A DNA stretch of 64,000 nt from positions 17,773,313-17,837,312 of the forward strand of contig NC_069006.1 of assembly GCF_001194135.2 (NCBI RefSeq), in the 5' to 3' direction. Position numbers and translations under genes: made by a program. Positions 49,734-62,570 of the stretch are shown here, one piece after another. Source of the DNA: Octopus bimaculoides. Its lineage: Eukaryota. Each line of letters begins with the position of its first letter. Position 1 is the first letter of the stretch. Below the pieces are notes generated by a model. The model was not told where the DNA came from. It worked only from the letters and a program-made list of their open reading frames with translations, and searched no databases.

Positions 49734-49780
<47 letters not shown>

Positions 49781-50254
49781 TGTATATCAACTGTCTGTGT
49801 ATATAGACTGTATACACATTTAGACGTTGTATGATAATGACCTGGATACACTGTATATTAAAACGACTTGTGCTAAACGGGCTGTATATAAGCAGTGTAT
49901 ATTACTGTTGTGTACATACATTATATATTAACGATGTATATCAATGAAATCTATGAACAGTGTGTATCAACGATGTTTATACTTGTATATATTATGCGTA
50001 TAAACGATATAACCGGTGTATATTAATAATGTCAGTAAGTGGTATATTGACGAGGTATATAAAACGGTGTATAGTAATGACGTGTATAAACGGTGTATAT
50101 TTATGTCTACAATGATCTGTAAGAGCGGTGTATATTAAGTGCTTAAGCAGCTGTTATTAATCATGTATATAAATGGTATATATATATGAACGACATATAT
50201 AACCGGTGTAGACAATGTGTAGAAACTGTCTATTAATAGTTTATGAAACGGTGT

Positions 50255-50296
<42 letters not shown>

Positions 50297-50448
50297 CGTA
50301 TAAGTAGCGTACATCGACAATGTGTATAAGCTGTATACGTATATATACATATCAATGATGTGTGTATAAACGGCTTATATCAGCAATGTTAAAATCATCT
50401 TTGACACATTAATATCACCGTTTATATATCGTTAATCAACGTGTGTGT

Positions 50449-50490
<42 letters not shown>

Positions 50491-50600
50491 ATGTTAGCGA
50501 TATAGCTAACCGGTGCATGTATAGTAATGATATGTATAAATTATGTATATCAACAAACTGTATAAACGTTGTCATCTAACGATGTAAGCGATATGTATAA
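49570..50600. repeat. Degenerate ~1-kb minisatellite, unit about TGTATATTAACGATCTGTATATAAACGG
   Basis: Recurrent AACGAT, AAACGGTG and TGTATAT words with a period near 27-30 bp. Confidence 0.8.
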
Positions 50601-51829
50601 ACGGCCGTGTGGTTAATTAGCTCGCTCGACAATCATGTTTCGGGGGTTCGATCCTAGTGCNNNNNNNNNNNNNNNNNNNNNNNNNNNNNNNNNNNNNNNN
50701 NNNNNNNNNNNNNNNNNNNNNNNNNNNNNNNNNNNNNNNNNNNNNNNNNNNNNNNNNNNNNNNNNNNNNNNNNNNNNNNNNNNNNNNNNNNNNNNNNNNN
50801 NNNNNNNNNNNNNNNNNNNNNNNNNNNNNNNNNNNNNNNNNNNNNNNNNNNNNNNNNNNNNNNNNNNNNNNNNNNNNNNNNNNNNNNNNNNNNNNNNNNN
50901 NNNNNNNNNNNNNNNNNNNNNNNNNNNNNNNNNNNNNNNNNNNNNNNNNNNNNNNNNNNNNNNNNNNNNNNNNNNNNNNNNNNNNNNNNNNNNNNNNNNN
51001 NNNNNNNNNNNNNNNNNNNNNNNNNNNNNNNNNNNNNNNNNNNNNNNNNNNNNNNNNNNNNNNNNNNNNNNNNNNNNNNNNNNNNNNNNNNNNNNNNNNN
51101 NNNNNNNNNNNNNNNNNNNNNNNNNNNNNNNNNNNNNNNNNNNNNNNNNNNNNNNNNNNNNNNNNNNNNNNNNNNNNNNNNNNNNNNNNNNNNNNNNNNN
51201 NNNNNNNNNNNNNNNNNNNNNNNNNTATTGCCAGAAACAACAGCTAAGTTTCTTTTTCTAAAATTTTACATAGTTCAACCGACACACCTGAATGTGTGAT
51301 GAACAAAAGAATTTTGAAAACAGTAGGTATAAAACTAATTTCTAAACACCAAATGGCTATGGGGGTTTCACTAGAATAAAATTGTAACTAAAGGGGTCCA
51401 TAGATAAAAAAAAAAAAAAAGTTAAGCACTGGTTACATGTGGCAGACACAGTTTGGTGATTTAGCTCCAGGTCAGCTCTGGCCGAACAGACGAATGCTCC
51501 ACCTGTGATCATCCTCTCACTCACTTTTGTAATGCATGACCACGTTTATGTGTTATGTCTTAGCTTTTTAAAGACGTCAGAGCTTGATAGGAATGAGATT
51601 TCGTTGCTACTCCTAGCAGGTCGCGGTCTAGTTCCAAATAGATTTTTATCACATCCTGTTAGGCTAATACTACATATCTGCGACGCGTTAGTAGTGAGAG
51701 ACTCGGGATCGATCCCCAGCACAGGTCACTTCTACTGCTGCAACTATTCCTAGATTAAACGCCATACCTTTTAAATCTGATCCGTTTTTGAGATCTAATC
51801 TGTGATTGAGATGGAATAGATCCCCTTTT

Positions 51830-52051
51830 TGTCTTTTCAGTCATTGGATTTGCGGCTATGCTGGGCACTCTGCTTTCAAGGGTTTAATCGAATTAATCGA
51901 TCCCAGTACCTTTTTGTTTGTTGTTGTTCTAAGCCTGGTACTTATTCTATCAGTTTCTTTCGCCGAACCGCTAGATGACGGGGGTCACAAACCAGCCAAC
52001 ACCGGTTGTCAAGCGTTGGTGAGGGACAAACATGCGGTCACACTCACACAC

Positions 52052-52092
<41 letters not shown>

Positions 52093-52230
52093 ACTATGGG
52101 CTTCCAAATTCACTCACAAGACTTTGGTTAGCCCGGAGCGATAGGGAAAGGCACTGGCCCAAGGTACCATGCAGTGGGACTGAACCCGGAATCATGATTG
52201 AAAAGTAGAGTTCTTACCACACAGCCACAT
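51830..52230 (-). mobile_element. SINE family A
   Basis: Collinear with the intact copies. Confidence 0.85.
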
Positions 52231-52547
52231 ACACGCACGCCCTCACATACTCGTTTTTCCCGCCTCCAACACAAACTAGAACACAATGGTAAGGCGCCGA
52301 GAGGGACACAGACATGATTGTGTTCGCAATCACNNNNNNNNNNNNNNNNNNNNNNNNNNNNNNNNNNNNNNNNNTATTTAACATGTTCACAAACTAAAAA
52401 GAAAAAGAAACCTTTATTCCATCTCCATTGTCGCTCGGTCTGCTAGAAATAGCAGCCAAATCTCCCTCATTGCCAAACCAGCCTCCTGTCTGTCTGTAGT
52501 CTCCTGTTATACAACTACTGGTTTCTTTAATAGTAGCAATTAATGAT

Positions 52548-52797
52548 GGATCTTGTTAAATTTCTTCCAACCACTCGAAGTGTTTTAAATTTTTCACCAG
52601 ATTTTTTTTTCTTCCAAATTTTCTATAAATTACATAACTTTAAAAATGCTTGTAACTTCTTCGTTATTTATTTCTGAAGGAAAAAAAAAAAAAAAAAAGT
52701 AATGCAATTTTCGACATCAAAACTATATTTTTTAAAAAAATAATCTAGTGAAAATTTGAAACACTTTGAAGTGATTAGACGAAATTTATCAAGATCC
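52548..52797. mobile_element. Fold-back MITE with ~60-bp terminal inverted repeats
   Basis: GGATCTTGTTAAATTTCTTCCAACCACT.. versus ..AGTGATTAGACGAAATTTATCAAGATCC. Confidence 0.8.
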
Positions 52798-54298
52798 TCT
52801 GTGATGATGTCTGTATTTACTGCTCTCGTTACACCAACACACACACACACATGCTCGCACGCGCGCCTGAGAAAGGAAAAAGTGTGTGGTGGGGAGGGGT
52901 GTCGATGTAATGTTTTTTTTCCTCTATTGTTTCCGTTGTGCGATCTCGCAACCACCACTATTAAACAATCGGAATGTTGAGATGATGCTTTCTTCCTAAG
53001 CACCTCATACCGCCATCTCTCAAAATACACACACACACACACACATATAAGTTACTGCTACTGCCATCTCCCCCTCCCCCTCCTCGTTGACACCTTCGAG
53101 TCACCTGACCGTATGTTATCGAGAAAGGTAGGGAACCGACAAGGCTTCCTCAGTTGTCTCCCCTGTTTCTTTCCCTTTTTACTCAACCGGTGTAGTTTCC
53201 ATGACATTTCTCCTTCCCTCTCTCTCTCTCTCTCTCTCTTTCGTCACTCTCTCTTTCACTCTCTCGCTCTAGTGACAATCTCGTGTAGAATGAACGAAAG
53301 TTATCTTTTTTATTTTTTGGTAATCCTTCGGTATTGGTACATGATGTCATTCATTCACCAAAACAACCTTTTCCTCATGGCATAAATAAAGTGAGACTCG
53401 GTTGAAAAAGAGGGTGAATGACGACGTCTCCTCATACCGACACTCTGGAGACCAATTCCGAAGGATCGATTATTTTTTAAAGCCTGGTACTTTTACCAAA
53501 CCGCTGTTACGGAGATGTAAACAAACCAACGGTGGGACAAATACAAAAACACACGTTTATGTATACGACGAGCTTCTTTCAGTTTCCCTCTTCCAAATCC
53601 ACTCACAAGCCTTTGCTAACATTCTTTGATAGCTGTAAGGGCTTTTCTATTCCTCTGGCAGAACTCTAACATTGCAGTGTTTACAGGATAAAGGAACCAT
53701 GCAGTGATGTGTAATTCACATGCACTCATGCACAAACATGCATAGACATATATATGAAATGTGTTTGTGTGAGGCAGGCTTCTGTACAGTTTCCATCTAT
53801 GAAATCCACCTGTGAAGCATTGGTCAGTCTGAGGCTACAGTAGCAGACACTTGGCTAAGAGGACAAGCAGTGGGATAGAACCCCAAGCCACTTGGTTATC
53901 AAGTGAACTCTGTATCCATTCAGCCATGCTGTATTTTGTGGGTGTAGACATACATACACACATAGAGGCACGCATATATGCAATTGACTACCTTACTTAT
54001 TTCTCTATCTGTATCTGTCTAGCTGTGTAACTATATATATCTAACCATCTGTCTTTCTATCTATCTATACATCCCTTTTACACCACAATATAACCAAATA
54101 GTCCTCCCAAACCCCAGCTATTCAGTTTCTCACTCTTGAAGGAATCTCGATACAACAAGGTATATATCTATTTGCATGGAAGGAGTGGCTGCTCCCATTG
54201 ACTGATAGCAATGACAACCACAACAGCAACAACATCAATAAATCACTATTATATCTTATCTTCAAAATAGTTTAGCTCTCACCCTAGTTTTTGATATG

Positions 54299-54331
<33 letters not shown>

Positions 54332-55053
54332 ATGGATGGAGGTTAGTCTGTTCATATGATAATAATAAGGTTACTTACTGAACAGTAATGATAGGGTTTG
54401 ATAATTGGGTATTGTTTTTAAATTTGCTGCTGTTCCACTATGATGTATACAACAGTGCTGTTTGTTAGCTCTATAGCCACATCAGCTGTGCTGCAGATTC
54501 AGCTGGTTGCTATGAAGTTAGTTTAACCCTAACCTTATATAATGTAGTAAGGGTACACGATCAATTGTTGATTCACCATAATACACACAACCATATTGTT
54601 TGTTTGTTATTCATAGTCAAATTAGCTGTTTTGTTGACCCAGCTGGCTGCTTTGATCTTAAATCTACCCCAATTATATAGCTTTATGTAATGTTGTAAGG
54701 GTGCACAATATGTTGCTGTCATACCCTGGTATACACCACTCTACTGTTTGTAAGCTGCTGATGTAAGCATATTAACTGCTCTGCAGACCCAGCCGACTAG
54801 GATCTTAGTGAAACCATAGCCCTTATCCAAGTAAGAGTAACTAAGTAAAATCCCTACCTGGCAACCCGAGGGGTGGAGGCTGTCCTCCCAACCAATTCAC
54901 TGCTGTGGGTGCCACTGGATGACAGACTTTGGCGATGATGTTATTCCATGCTTTCCAATCCATGTAGTAAATTGTTGATGTTGTTGTTTAGATTGGGTCA
55001 ACCCTGATTGAGCAGATTTTATGGTCAAAAGCATTCCAATTGTGACCATCTCC

Positions 55054-55280
55054 TTAACCCTTTTGATATCACCCTGCCTGAGACCGCTGTTGATTCTCTG
55101 ACTCAAGCTTTCCGTTTTCAAGTGATCCAAATTAAAATCTTCTATCAAAATTTTCATGTTAATTTATATACCAAACACCACCAACGTAATAATGACAAAA
55201 GTTACCTTTACTAAATTCTTCAACATTTTCAGAAACAAAGGAAATGTATTTCAACAAGAATATGATAACAAAAGGGTCAA
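55054..55280. mobile_element. piggyBac-like MITE, family 2
   Basis: TTAA-CCCTTTTGATATCA and TGATAACAAAAGGG-TCAA. Confidence 0.75.
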
Positions 55281-55675
55281 AGAGTATCTTGGACTACCAG
55301 ATGCCATGTGTATACTTGCCCATTATTCATTTTGTCATAAAATAAAAAGTTTTAGGTTTTCGTTAATAAAAGTTTATAGGTTGATTGTTATACTTATTGA
55401 CAGCATTTTACATATATTTACAATTCAAAATGGCCTTTGCTTTTACTGTAGTCTTTGATCTTTTCTCGACTTAAGTGCATGACTCAAGTGTAAATAATGG
55501 GTAAATGTATATGCCATACCCAGGACATTATGCAATGTGTTGGTTCTCTGTTTTTATTGACTGACACTGCATTGAAAATCAAACTAAAACATTATTTGTG
55601 TACTTCACTTGCAAAGTTAAAAATTATTGGGGCACTTTGCATGGGGAATTAAAAAAATATACTTCTTTATTGATT

Positions 55676-55996
55676 ACTCTTTACTCTTTTACTTGTTTCA
55701 GTCATTTGACTGTGGCCATGCTGGAGCACCGCCTTTAGTCGAGCAAATCAACCCCAGGACTTATTGTTTGTAAGCCTAGTACTTATTCTATCGGTCTCTT
55801 TTGCCAAACCGCTAAGTTACGAGGACGTAAACACACCACCATCGGTTGTCAAGCGATGTTGGGGGGACAAAGACAGACACACATACATACATATATATAT
55901 ATATATATACATATATACGACAGGCTTCTTTCAGTTTCCGTCTACCAAATCCACTCACAAGGCTTTGGTCAGCCCGAGGCTATAGTAGAAGACACT
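55676..55996 (-). mobile_element. SINE family A, young, cut by a gap
   Basis: Nearly identical to 44330-44660. Confidence 0.9.
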
Positions 55997-56103
55997 NNNN
56001 NNNNNNNNNNNNNNNNNNNNNNNNNNNNNNNNNNNNNNNNNNNNNNNNNNNNNNNNNNNNNNNNNNNNNNNNNNNNNNNNNNNNNNNNNNNNNNNNNNNN
56101 NNN

Positions 56104-56161
<58 letters not shown>

Positions 56162-56162
56162 G

Positions 56163-56415
56163 GCGTGTGGTTAGAAGCTTCTTTCTCAACCACATCATTT
56201 CTGGTTCAGTCCTGCTGTGTAGTGTCGTCTACTATATGTTTGTCCCCACCACCACTTGACCACATATCGGTTTGTTTATGTTCCTGTAACTTAGCAGCTC
56301 TGTAGAGAGACTGATAGGATAAGTACCAGTCTTAGAAAAAAAAAAGGTACTGGAGTTAATTTTGAGGGAATGCCCCAGTATGGTCACACTCCAGTGATTG
56401 AAACAAGTAAAAGAT
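56163..56415 (+). mobile_element. SINE family A, decayed and internally deleted
   Basis: Inverted relative to 55676-55996. Confidence 0.8.
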
Positions 56416-57053
56416 GACGCGTCTTGTTTTTGTTTTAAAACAGTAGAACATGATTTGAAGAGTTGGCTGCTATTTCCGGTTAGTTGTGTAACCACATAGA
56501 GAAATCCCCAGTTTTGGAGGTTTTGTTGTTTAACCCTGGAGCAACTCTGATGCAGTAGTTGTATACCTAACATTATTCCACCCATGACCATCTCCTCTGT
56601 TTTGCTTAAGTTAGTTGGAGGAACTACATTATCTCCTGTAACCTTCGTCTTTCTTTTCAGCTAGTACGATATGATCTGAGGGAAATATCCATCTATCTGG
56701 CTACTATGTCTAGCAGACTGAGCGACCATGTTGAAGCTCCACTTTGCCAGGTCCATCATCAACAGTAGCTGACCTAAACTCTCTTCACATTTTCCCCTCT
56801 TTTGCTTTACTAATTCTAGACAGATAAGATTTATCTGTTTGTGTATGAGGAGGAGGAAGAGAAGGAGAGCGAGAGAGAGAGAGAGAGAGAGGGGGGGGAT
56901 GGGTAGTGGATGGAACCAGTGTGCATGAGAAGCCAGGAGTTTGCCAACATTTCTGCGGAGCTGTCTTGATATTCATGTTCTGCTACTCTCATCAGCTTCT
57001 GATTTACTAACACATTTCTTCCTTTCACCTTGTTCAACCTCGTTCTTTGTTAC

Positions 57054-57089
<36 letters not shown>

Positions 57090-57445
57090 TATCGTTGTCG
57101 TTGTTCAGTAAACTGAAGAAACATTCTGATCTATTCAATACTCAACCTTTTGTTATAACTGTTGTTTGCTCATTCAGTATGGGTGTATATGTATGTGAAA
57201 TAAATAATTCTTTTCTTTTTTTCAAATGTCACCNNNNNNNNNNNNNNNNNNNNNNNNNNNNNNNNNNNNNNNNNNNNNNNNNNNNNNNNNNNNNNNNNNN
57301 NNNNNNNNNNNNNNNNNNNNNNNNNNNNNNNNNNNNNNNNNNNNNNNNNNNNNNNNNNNNNNNNNNNNNNNNNNNNNNNNNNNNNNNNNNNNNNNNNNNN
57401 NNNNNNNNNNNNNNNNNNNNNNNNNNNNNNNNNNNNNNNNNNNNN

Positions 57446-57489
<44 letters not shown>

Positions 57490-57570
57490 TATGTATATAT
57501 ACATGCACACGTATATTCATGTTCGTGTATAAATATACGTGTGTGTGTCTGCGTATGTATGGCTGTTTTA

Positions 57571-57784
57571 TTAACCCTTTAACATTCAGATTACTCTGTC
57601 AAATGGATTGCCTATTTATTCATTGTTTTGAATTAACCATGTATTATCCTGCCTGTAGCTTTGAGATTTCAATGTGACTCTATAGTTTTAGAATGATAGT
57701 GGAGGGTTAGTGTGAGAGGTTGGATCTGGCTAGTTTTACACGTATTTGGGTTGGATACGGCCAGTTTGAATGCTAAAGGTTTAA
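57571..57784. mobile_element. piggyBac-like MITE, family 1
   Basis: TTAA-CCCTTTAACATT and AATGCTAAAGGT-TTAA. Confidence 0.8.
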
Positions 57785-58739
57785 AACAAGTTTAAACTCA
57801 TCATTAATATTTTGAGTATTTTAGTTAAATTTGCCGTACCATATTCCCTGAACTGATAACAGGATGTGTGTGTGTGTGTGCCTCGCAACCACATGATTCT
57901 GGGTTCTGTACCACTGCATGGCACCTTAGGCAAGTGTCTTCTGCTAAACCTCCCATCCATACAAAGCCTTGGGAGTGGATTTGGTGGAGGGAAACTGAAA
58001 GAAGCCCATATGTATTTCTGTTTTACTGTGTCTTCACCTCAACATCACATAATAGTTGCAAACAAATGTCCCTACCATTCAAGCAGTGTCCTTTGTTCTC
58101 AATCTTCCATGGATAACATGTCTGGTCATGATGGTTATGAGGAAAAAATTACTTTACTTGGAAACAAAGTGAGGGTTGGTGACAGAACAGCCATCCAGCT
58201 GTAGAAAATCTTCCTCAATAAAATTTCATCCGAACCACCCAATCATAGAGAAGGGGGCATAAAGACAATAATGATGGTGATGTTTTCTGTTGTTTACATG
58301 CATCACCTTTGTTTCAATCAGTTTAGAAAATTACATAAAAAATGAATAACTGTCATTATGAAGCTGGTGATGAGAACATAGATTAATGTCAAATTTTCAT
58401 GGAAGGTTTTAATTTACGTCACCTAAAACAGTAAGTTTGTGTCATAGAACCAGGGGTCGTTTTAGGTGTGTTAAACATTTAGCATTTAAACCAGTCAGAT
58501 CCATCGTATCGCACATACCCTTCAATGCCATTCTAAAAATATATAATCACATCACCACATTTCAAAGCTCTGAAGTAATGCATGATTAATTAAAAACGGT
58601 ATGAATGAAAAGTGTTACATTTGACAGACTAGAACTGGTACTCCGTTGATTACGACAAGAGTTCCAAGTGATCTGATCAGTAGAACAGCCTGCACGTGAA
58701 ATTAATGTACAAGTGTGGCTGAGTACTGCACAGACAAGG

Positions 58740-58975
58740 CGATGAGCTGGCAGAATCGTTAGCACGCCTGGCGAAATACTTCGCGGTATTTCGTCTGCCG
58801 CTACGTTTTGAGTTCAAATTCTGCCGAGGTCGACTTTGCCTTTCATCCTTTTGGGGTCGATTAGATAAGTACTAGTTATGCACTGGGGTCGATATAATCG
58901 ACTTAATCCGTTTGTCTGTCCTTGTTTGTCCCCTCTGTGTGTAGCCCCTTGTGGGCAGTAAAGAAATAAGACATG
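58740..58975 (+). mobile_element. SINE family B, young (CpGs intact)
   Basis: GAGCTGGCAGAATCGTTAGCACGCC..GAGGTCGACTTTGCCTTTCATCCTTTTGGGGTCGAT. Confidence 0.9.
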
Positions 58976-59411
58976 CGTACACTTAACATAGTTGTCAAGG
59001 AGATTCAGTGCAACACAATGGGACAAGGTTGGCCCTTTGAATTTGCAGCTGAGTGGACTGGAGCCACATGAAACGAAGGACGCAATGTGCTGCTGGGTAT
59101 TGAACTCACCATCTTACGAATGTGAGCTGAATAAGCTAACCACTAAATAATTTGAATGTGAAAGAGTTAAATATGTCAGATGAAAGTGCTTCAAGAACTT
59201 TTACCTAATGCAGGCCAATGCTCCCCTCACCCTGCCTCTCATTGTGCCATATAATTGTTTCAAAATTTAGCACAAGGCTAGCAGTTACAGGGTTAGTGTA
59301 AGCGATTACTTGACTGGTTGTTTCCTTATTTCATCAGCCCTGAAAGGATGGAAAGCAAAGTAGACTCCAGTGGAATTTGAACTCAAAATCTAAATAGCTA
59401 GAAGAAATGCC

Positions 59412-59625
59412 ACTCTTTTACTTGTTTCAGTCATTTGACTGCAGCCATGCTGGAGCACCGCCTTTAGTCGAGCAAATCGACCCCAGGACTTATTCTTTGT
59501 AAGTCTAGTACTTATTCTATCGGGCTCTTTTGCCGAACCGCAAAGTTACGGGGATCTAAACACACCACCATCGGTTGTCAAGCGATGTTGGGGGGACAAA
59601 CACAGACACACAAACATATACACAG

Positions 59626-59663
<38 letters not shown>

Positions 59664-59783
59664 GACAGGCTTCTTTCAGTTTCCGTCTACCAAATCCACT
59701 CACAAGGCTTTGGTCGGCCCGAGGCTATAGTAGAAGACACTTACCCAAGGTACCACGCAGTGGGAAAGAACCCGGAACCATGT
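59412..59783 (-). mobile_element. SINE family A, young and 5'-truncated
   Basis: Nearly identical to 44330-44720. Confidence 0.92.
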
Positions 59784-59799
59784 GTTTGAAGCACTTTTT

Positions 59800-60055
59800 T
59801 TTTTCCGCGCGTAAAAAATGCACTTGTTCCAGTGCCATGTGCCAGTGCCACAAACATGCACCCATACCAGTTGAAAATAGAAAGCCCTTGGCACACTTCG
59901 TAAAGTGGTTGGTGTGAGGAAGAGCATCCAGCTGTGGAAACCATGCCAACACAGACAAACGGAGCCTGGGCAGCTCCCCAGCCTTGCCAGCTCCTGTCAA
60001 ACTGTCCAACCCATGCCAGCATGGAAAATGGATATTAAACGATGAAGATGATGAT
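59800..60055 (+). mobile_element. Retroposon family C
   Basis: Matches 33900-34140 and ends in a GAT-rich tail. Confidence 0.75.
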
Positions 60056-60470
60056 TTTGGTTCTACCGGCTCCACCTCCTCGATTGTACTGTATAATAAA
60101 GAAGCTCCATGTTTCTTTCTTCTTCACTCTGACATGGAGGCCATCATCTCCTATTTGTGCAACATGGATGGCTTGGTGTTCTCTCTCCTCTTACAGTCTC
60201 TTTCCGCCAACTCCACTATCTCACTCAGCACATAATGATGAGTGGCAGTGTCACAATAACCATCCATATATTTTTGACAGTATGTTGTTTCCTGATGTGA
60301 CACTAGCCATGTAATTTCAAGATCAACCCCACCCCCTTCTCTCCCTCTCTCTCTCACACACTGTGCCACACTATATATAAAAATCAATTACAACAGTTGC
60401 TCCACTGCTCTTCCTCCTGTCTCTAAGATTACAATTGATTTTTTTTTTTTTGGTTCTTTCTTTCTTTCAG

Positions 60471-60475
60471 CTGTT

Positions 60476-60508
<33 letters not shown>

Positions 60509-60582
60509 TTGTGTTCTGATCTATTTTCAACATTGGTTTACTTCAGTTATTACTTAGCTGATTTAGCACAGCTTGGTGCATT
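60471..60582 (+). CDS. Candidate 112-nt exon with a poly-Leu segment
   Basis: Branch-like TTGAT at about 60435, a 30-nt pyrimidine tract, cag| acceptor and ATT|gtaaga donor. Phase-1 frame is open: V(L)12CSDLFSTLVYFSYYLADLAQLGA. Confidence 0.25.
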
Positions 60583-60752
60583 GTAAGAGGGTGGCCGATG
60601 GCATGCAGATGGGCTGGGAGGTTTCCTTCCTCCTCTACCTCCTGTCTCCGTCTCCCTCTCTCTTACACTCACTCTCTCAGTAATGTGTACTGACTAAGTA
60701 GTTTCTGTCACACCTAGGTACACATACACAGGTATACATATACATATTGATA

Positions 60753-60790
<38 letters not shown>

Positions 60791-61686
60791 TATCCACCCC
60801 CTGTAGTTCTTTCTACAATATAGGAGAAAAGCTTTCTATCATCTGCCTACATTTCCAGTCCTTCTCTCCGTCTCTCTTTCTGTATAATGCATACATGGTT
60901 TGTGTGTGTGTGTGTGTGTGTGTAGAAAACTGATCCAGTGACCTGTTACTTTTTACTCCAGTGTTACCTCATGTTGATTCCTCAAACTGTTCTCCTTCCC
61001 TATGTATGTGAAGAATATATGAGTGTGTGTGTGTAATTTACTTGTATTTCAAAGGGAAGGCCTTGTCACATTCTGTCATGCTGAGTCTATCTGAGAACTC
61101 TATAAAGGGTGTGCGTGTCCTTGGAGTGCTCAGCCACTTGCACATTAATTTAACAAGTAGGCTGCTTTGTTGATCGGCCGAACTAGAACCCTCGTTGTCA
61201 TAACCGACAGAATGTCAATTGTGTGTGTGTACATATATATTGAGTTTCTTACAGTTTCTGTCTACCACTTTTATTTTTGCCTGGGTCTATAGTGGAAGAG
61301 TTAGTGTTAGGGTTAGGGTGCTGTGATACAGGATCGAACTCAAAACCGTGTGTGTGTATCAATGTTGACAACATGTCTGCATTGCTTGAGTGAAACAGTG
61401 ATATGATATCTATATTCCCTGTTAATATCACTACTGGCCATATTATGCTTTTTGAAGACATTTGGAATAAAAAGATTCCTTACTTGGGAAACAGCTAAGG
61501 GTTGGCAACAGGAGGAAGGGAATTCACCTGTAAAATCCTACCTCAAATATGTCTCCCTTTGACCCATGGAAGCATGAAAAAACAAGGCTGTTAAACAAAT
61601 GAAAAATGAGGGGTTATCTTCTGTTTTACTTTTCCCAGTCTTTGGCCTGTAGCCATGCTGGAGCACCACCTTTAAAGGGTTTAGTG

Positions 61687-62290
61687 CAGTGGTTCTCAAC
61701 TGGGATCTATATGGCCCTTGGGGATCCATATAAGATTTTATTGTTAAAATTTATGTGAAAGAGACTGGTTATACTTCTACAATGCACAAAATATTTTAAC
61801 AATTTAATTCCTGATTATAAAAGATTAAGATCCTCTTCAGACATGAATGACCGTGGGATTGCACCTAGAAAGTTACCCTCTGAGGGACAAATCTGGCCAA
61901 GGCTGTTTATGGAAGACCTGCAGTCACCCATGCATACCGGCCTTGCCTCTCCACATCATTGATGTTATCCAAGGGAAAGGCAAAGGGGCCGATACAGCTT
62001 GGCACCTGTGACGTCGCAACTCATTTCTACAGCTGAGTGAACTGGAGCAACGTGAAATAAAGTGTCTTGCTCAAGAACACAACATGCAGCCCGGTCCAGG
62101 AATCGAACTCACTACCTCATGATAGTGAGCCCGATACTCAAACCACTGAACAATGATGTACCTTCACTATTCCTGATAATACTTAATCATAAAAATATAT
62201 TAGTTTTTAGACAGCAAATGGTTATGAGGATTCCACTAAGTAAAATAGGAATCAAGAGTGTCCACAGGTAAAAAGTGGTTGAGAACCACT
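61687..62290. mobile_element. hAT-like MITE with CAGTGGTTCTCAAC termini
   Basis: Terminal repeats at 61687-61700 and 62277-62290. Confidence 0.85.
61818..62150 (-). mobile_element. tRNA-derived SINE family E inside the MITE
   Basis: On the - strand: TCAGTGG A-box part, GAGTTCGATTCC B box and TGTTCTTGAGCAAGACAC core. Related heads near 22250 and 59050. Confidence 0.8.
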
Positions 62291-62359
62291 TAATCGAGCA
62301 AATAGATCCTAGTACTTATTATATCAGTCTCGTTTTGCTGAACTGCTAAATTATAGAGA

Positions 62360-62512
62360 TGTGGCTGAGTGGTAAGAAGCTTGCTTCCCAACCACATTGT
62401 TCTGGATTCGTTCCCACTGCGTGGCACTTTGGGCGAGTGTCTTCTGCTATAGCCTCAGGCTGACCAAAGTCTTATGAGTGGTTTTGGCAGGCGGAAACTG
62501 AAAGAAGCCTGT

Positions 62513-62570
<58 letters not shown>

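Larger units (their letters stand above)
61620..62350 (-). mobile_element. SINE family A tail hosting nested insertions
   Basis: GAGCACCACCTTTAAAGGGTTTAGTG, then the insert, then TAATCGAGCAAATAGATCC. Confidence 0.8.

Noticed and set aside
54897-55458. Non-microsatellite ORFs 54897-55157, 55008-55214 and 55156-55458
   Set aside because: They overlap the piggyBac-like MITE and a family D fragment, with no transposase motifs.
56925-57000. Minus-strand CTGATGA..GAAA pair
   Set aside because: Extra bases lie between the weak stem II and GAAA, and there is no stem III or NUH site.
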